Shown: piece by piece, positions 46,453 through 50,151 of the stretch | How the letters are laid out: the number at the start of each line of letters is the position of its first letter | How positions within the stretch are numbered: position 1 is the first letter of the stretch | NCBI GenBank assembly: GCA_016937725.1 | Contig: JAFGVZ010000078.1 | Span: forward strand, 1 to 50,151 | Source: Paracoccaceae bacterium | Lineage (GTDB): Bacteria; Pseudomonadota; Alphaproteobacteria; Rhodobacterales; Rhodobacteraceae | Direction: 5' to 3' | DNA: 50,151 bases | Made by a program: the position numbers and the translations under genes | Notes under the pieces: generated by a model | The model's database searches: none | Seen by the model: the letters and a program-made list of their open reading frames with translations, nothing else | Told to the model about the DNA's origin: nothing

Positions 46453-48147
46453 ATGATTTCCAGGCGCGAATTCTTGCAAGCCTCTGTCGCGGCTTCTGCG
46501 CTTTACGGCATTTCCGGTTATGGCAACTGGGGCAAGCTGGCGGCGCAGCAGGCGCTGACACAGGATGATCTGCTGAAATTCGACACGTTCGGAAATCTGT
46601 CGATCATCCATATTACCGACATTCATGCCCATCTGAAACCGATCTGGTTCCGCGAACCCGAATGGAACGTTGGCGTGGGCGCGGTGAAAGGCAAGCCGCC
46701 GCATGTGGTGGGCAAAGACTTCATCGAGATGTTCAATCTCAAGCCTGGCTCGCCCGAAGCTTATGCCCTGACCTACGAAGATTTCGAGGCGCTTGGCAAA
46801 ACCTATGGCCGCATGGGCGGCATGGACCGCGTCGCAACTGTCGTGAAAGCGATCAAGGCCGACCGCCCTGATGCGATTTTGCTGGATGGTGGCGACACGT
46901 GGCATGGGTCGATGACCAGCTATCTGACCAAGGGTCAGGACGTGGTCAACGTGATGAACAAGCTGGGCGTCGAAGCCATGACCAGCCACTGGGAATGGAC
47001 CTTCGGCACCGACCGCGTGATGGAAATTGTGGAAGGTCTGCCGTTCCCGTTCCTTGGCCAGAATATTTTCGACTCTGAATGGGACGAACCTGCCGAATTC
47101 CCGGACTACACTTGGTTTGAACGTGGTGGCGCGAAGGTCGCCGTTATCGGCCAGGCCTTCCCCTATATGCCCATCGCCAATCCGGGCTGGATGTTCCCGG
47201 AATACAGCTTCGGTATTCGCGATGCGCGGATGCAGGAAATGGTCGATGAAGTCCGCGCACAGGGGGCCGATTTGGTCGTCGTGCTGTCGCATAACGGCTT
47301 CGACGTGGACCGCCAGATGGCAAGCCGCGTGACCGGCATTGACGTTATCCTGACCGGCCACACCCATGACGCGCTGCCAGAGCCGGTGATCGTGGGCGAG
47401 ACCCTGCTGATCGCAAGCGGCAGCCATGGCAAATTCGTGACCCGTCTGGATCTGGATGTGCGCGATGGCCGGATGATGGGCTTCCGCAGCAAGCTGATCC
47501 CGATCTTCTCGGATGTCATCACGCCCGATGCCGAAATGGCTACCCTGATCGACAATGAGCGCGCACCCTTCAAGGACCAACTGGAAGAGGTGATCGGCCA
47601 CACCGACAGCCTTCTGTATCGCCGCGGCAATTTCAACGGCACATGGGATGACCTGATCTGCGAAGCGATCATGTCCGAGCGTGACACCGAAATCGCCATG
47701 TCGCCCGGCGTGCGTTGGGGGGCCAGCCTGATGCCGGGCGATGCGATCACCCGCGAGGACATCCATTCGGTCACAAGCATGACCTATGGAGAGTGCTACC
47801 GGACCGAGATGACCGGCGAATTCCTGAAAGTCGTGCTGGAAGATGTGGCCGATAACCTGTTCAACCCTGACCCCTATTTCCAGCAGGGCGGCGACATGGT
47901 TCGCATGGGGGGTCTTGGCTACAAGATCGACATTTCCAAGCCAATTGGCGAGCGCATCTCGAACATGACGCTCCTGTCCACCGGCGATGCAATCGACCCG
48001 GCCCGCACCTACACCGTCGGCGGGTGGGCCAGCGTCAACGAGGGAACCGAAGGCCCGCAGATCTGGGATGTGGTCGAAGCCCATATCCGCAAGGTCGAGC
48101 GTGTGTCCCTGACACCAAACACCTCTGTCGAGGTCACGGGCCTCTAA
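46453..48147 (+). CDS. soxB: Thiosulfohydrolase SoxB
   Basis: Tat SRREFL; HITDIHAHL, DGGDTW, SHNG, GHTHD, YRRGNFNGTWD, QQGGDMVR. Confidence 0.97.
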   Translation: MISRREFLQASVAASALYGISGYGNWGKLAAQQALTQDDLLKFDTFGNLSIIHITDIHAHLKPIWFREPEWNVGVGAVKGKPPHVVGKDFIEMFNLKPGSPEAYALTYEDFEALGKTYGRMGGMDRVATVVKAIKADRPDAILLDGGDTWHGSMTSYLTKGQDVVNVMNKLGVEAMTSHWEWTFGTDRVMEIVEGLPFPFLGQNIFDSEWDEPAEFPDYTWFERGGAKVAVIGQAFPYMPIANPGWMFPEYSFGIRDARMQEMVDEVRAQGADLVVVLSHNGFDVDRQMASRVTGIDVILTGHTHDALPEPVIVGETLLIASGSHGKFVTRLDLDVRDGRMMGFRSKLIPIFSDVITPDAEMATLIDNERAPFKDQLEEVIGHTDSLLYRRGNFNGTWDDLICEAIMSERDTEIAMSPGVRWGASLMPGDAITREDIHSVTSMTYGECYRTEMTGEFLKVVLEDVADNLFNPDPYFQQGGDMVRMGGLGYKIDISKPIGERISNMTLLSTGDAIDPARTYTVGGWASVNEGTEGPQIWDVVEAHIRKVERVSLTPNTSVEVTGL

Positions 48148-48158
48148 CCATTCAACCC

Positions 48159-48178
48159 GGGTGGGCTTTGGCCCACCC
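48159..48178. other. Intercistronic hairpin between soxB and soxC
   Basis: gggtgggc-tttg-gcccaccc 8-bp stem, no U-tract. Confidence 0.5.
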
Positions 48179-48201
48179 AGACAAGCAAAAGGAACTACGT
48201 C

Positions 48202-49491
48202 ATGACCGACCAGTCGAATGACGCGCCCCGCAAATCCGGTGGTGCCAGCCGCCGCGATTTCCTGCGCACCGCAGGGCTTGCCGCCGGGGGCGCCGCGCTT
48301 GCTGCAACGGGCGCACGGGCCAATACGCCCGATCCGCTGATCACAGAAATCCAGCCTTATGCGTCCTTCACCGGTGAAGCTGTGGATGCAACGCCCTACG
48401 GTATGCCCATTCATTACGAAGAGCATGTTGTGCGCCGCAACGTGGAATGGCTGACGGCTGACCCGATCAGCTCGATCAACTTTACGCCGATCCATGCGCT
48501 GGAAGGCACGATTACCCCGCAGGGTTGCGCATTCGAGCGTCACCACTCCGGCGCGATCGAGATGAGCAAGCAGGAATACCGCCTGATGATCAACGGTTTG
48601 GTTGATCGTCCGCTGGTCTTCACTTTTGCTGACCTGATGCGCATGCCGCGCGCAAGCATGGTCGCGTTTTGCGAATGTGCGGCCAATAGCGGTATGGAAT
48701 GGGGCGGCGCGCAGCTGAACGGTGCGCAATTCACCCATGGTATGATCCATAACATGGAATATATCGGCGTTCCCCTGCGTGTGTTGCTGGAAGAAGCTGG
48801 CGTTCAGCCCGAAGGTAAGTGGGTCTTCGTCGAGGGGCATGACGCCAGCTCGAATGGTCGCTCTATCCCGATGGAAAAGGCCATGGATGATTGCCTTGTC
48901 GCCTTTTACGCCAACGGTGAGGCGCTGCGCATGGAGCATGGCTATCCTGTCCGCTTGGTTGTTCCCGGTTGGGAAGGCAATATGTGGGTCAAGTGGCTGC
49001 GCCGGGTCGGGGTCTATGACCAGGCCGTCGAAGCCCGCGAAGAAACCAGCAAATACACCGACCTTCTGGCCAATGGTATTGCGCGCAAATGGACGTGGGA
49101 AATGGATGCGAAATCCGTCATCACGGCACCATCGCCGCAAGCGCCTGCAAGCCATGGTCCGGGTCCGATGGTTATCACGGGTCTGGCATGGTCCGGTCGC
49201 GGCAAAATCACTCGCGTCGACGTGTCGATGGACGGTGGCGTGAACTGGGTTGAAGCCCGGATCGCGGGCGATGCCCTGCCAATGGCGCTGACGCGCTTCT
49301 ATGTCGATCATGTTTGGGACGGCAAGCCGATGCTGCTGCAATCGCGCGCGGTAGATGAAACTGGCTATGTCCAGCCCACCAAGGACCAGCTGCGCGCAGT
49401 GCGCGGCCTGCAATCCGTCTATCACAACAACGGCATCCAGACTTGGCATGTCAACGAGAATGGGGAAGCTGAAAATGTCGAAGTGTCGTAA
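48202..49491 (+). CDS. soxC: Sulfane dehydrogenase molybdenum subunit SoxC
   Basis: Tat SRRDFL; FERHH, FCECAAN, EHGYPVRLVVPGWEGN, YHNN. Confidence 0.96.
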   Translation: MTDQSNDAPRKSGGASRRDFLRTAGLAAGGAALAATGARANTPDPLITEIQPYASFTGEAVDATPYGMPIHYEEHVVRRNVEWLTADPISSINFTPIHALEGTITPQGCAFERHHSGAIEMSKQEYRLMINGLVDRPLVFTFADLMRMPRASMVAFCECAANSGMEWGGAQLNGAQFTHGMIHNMEYIGVPLRVLLEEAGVQPEGKWVFVEGHDASSNGRSIPMEKAMDDCLVAFYANGEALRMEHGYPVRLVVPGWEGNMWVKWLRRVGVYDQAVEAREETSKYTDLLANGIARKWTWEMDAKSVITAPSPQAPASHGPGPMVITGLAWSGRGKITRVDVSMDGGVNWVEARIAGDALPMALTRFYVDHVWDGKPMLLQSRAVDETGYVQPTKDQLRAVRGLQSVYHNNGIQTWHVNENGEAENVEVS

Positions 49492-50151
49492 TCTGATCGC
49501 TACCACGGCGCTTGCAACTTTGCTGGCGTCTCCGATCTTCGCGCAGGAACTTGGCTTGGGCCGTCCTGCACTGCCTGAAGAAATCGACGCATGGGATGTT
49601 GCGGTCCTGCCCGACGGCACTGGCCTGCCCGTTGGCAGCGGTGACGTCTATGACGGTGAAGAAGCGTGGATCAACAATTGTGCGGCGTGCCACGGCGATT
49701 TTGCCGAAGGTGCCGGCGCATGGCCGGTCATCGCGGGCGGGCAGGGCACCCTGACCAATCCGCGCCCGGTCAAGACGGTCGGGTCTTACTGGCCCTACCT
49801 GTCGACCGTGTTCGATTATGTGCACCGCTCGATGCCGTTCGGCGCAGCACAGATCCTGACCTATGACGAAACCTACGCGATTACGGCTTATATCCTCTAT
49901 TCGAATGGGATCGTGGATGATGACTTCGTGCTCAGCAATGAGAACTTCACGGAAATCGTCATGCCAAATGCGGATGGCTTTATCGTAGATGATCGCGTCG
50001 CAACGGAGTTCCCGCTCTTCGTGACCGAGCCGTGCATGAGCAACTGCACCGACCCGGTCGAGATCAGCAAACGCGCGAGCGATATTGCCGTGACCCCGCC
50101 TTTCCCGCGCTTGCTGCTGGATGGCACGGTTGTCGAGCCGGGCGAGATGGT
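49475..50151 (+). CDS. soxD: Sulfane dehydrogenase cytochrome c subunit SoxD (3' truncated by window edge)
   Basis: Own translation: MSKCRNL...GLGRPALPEEIDAWD...CAACHG...KTVGSYWPYLSTVFDY..RSMPFG; absent from the ORF track because it has no stop in the window. Confidence 0.93.
   Translation, partial: MSKCRNLIATTALATLLASPIFAQELGLGRPALPEEIDAWDVAVLPDGTGLPVGSGDVYDGEEAWINNCAACHGDFAEGAGAWPVIAGGQGTLTNPRPVKTVGSYWPYLSTVFDYVHRSMPFGAAQILTYDETYAITAYILYSNGIVDDDFVLSNENFTEIVMPNADGFIVDDRVATEFPLFVTEPCMSNCTDPVEISKRASDIAVTPPFPRLLLDGTVVEPGEM

Noticed and set aside
46387-49620. 1077-aa minus-strand ORF
   Set aside because: Antisense shadow of soxB/soxC/soxD; no motifs; expected from GC-rich codon bias
1-50151. 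CRISPR arrays, IS elements, integrases, prophage genes
   Set aside because: No regularly spaced direct repeats, terminal inverted repeats or transposase/integrase motifs seen by eye

Overview
GC-rich alphaproteobacterial (Rhodobacteraceae-like) chromosomal segment. In order: a bcsA(partial)-bcsB-bcsZ-bcsK/celG-type cellulose synthase operon; the phaZ/phaC-phaP-phaR polyhydroxyalkanoate cluster with PhaR boxes; a gamma-glutamylation (PuuA/PuuB-like) amine catabolic cluster with a polar-amino-acid ABC transporter; ettA; an orphan ORF plus a BrnT/BrnA toxin-antitoxin pair; a Kdo/glycosyltransferase locus (divergent waaA, a plant-CDI-like GT, two more GTs, kdsD); a Fluc pair; fabB and fabA separated by an Rrf2 regulator and a Tat-exported flavin amine oxidase; irrA, a NUDIX hydrolase, arfB, yhhQ, mscL, a YtoQ-family gene and pcm-tolC-popZ-like; two MBL-fold genes (soxG/soxH-like); and a sox cluster soxT-soxR-soxS / soxVW-soxXYZABCD(partial). 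I found no rRNA, tRNA, CRISPR array or IS element. Best candidates for new biology: (i) an unannotated ~190-nt structured transcript upstream of arfB carrying an 18-codon sORF behind a 15-nt match to the 16S rRNA 3' tail; (ii) a SoxR that has lost both canonical sulfane-sensing cysteines; (iii) a Kdo-linked locus encoding a close homologue of plant CDI; (iv) an anti-SD stem-loop in the phaP 3' UTR complementary to the phaR RBS. All family calls come from motif recognition and memory; no searches were run.
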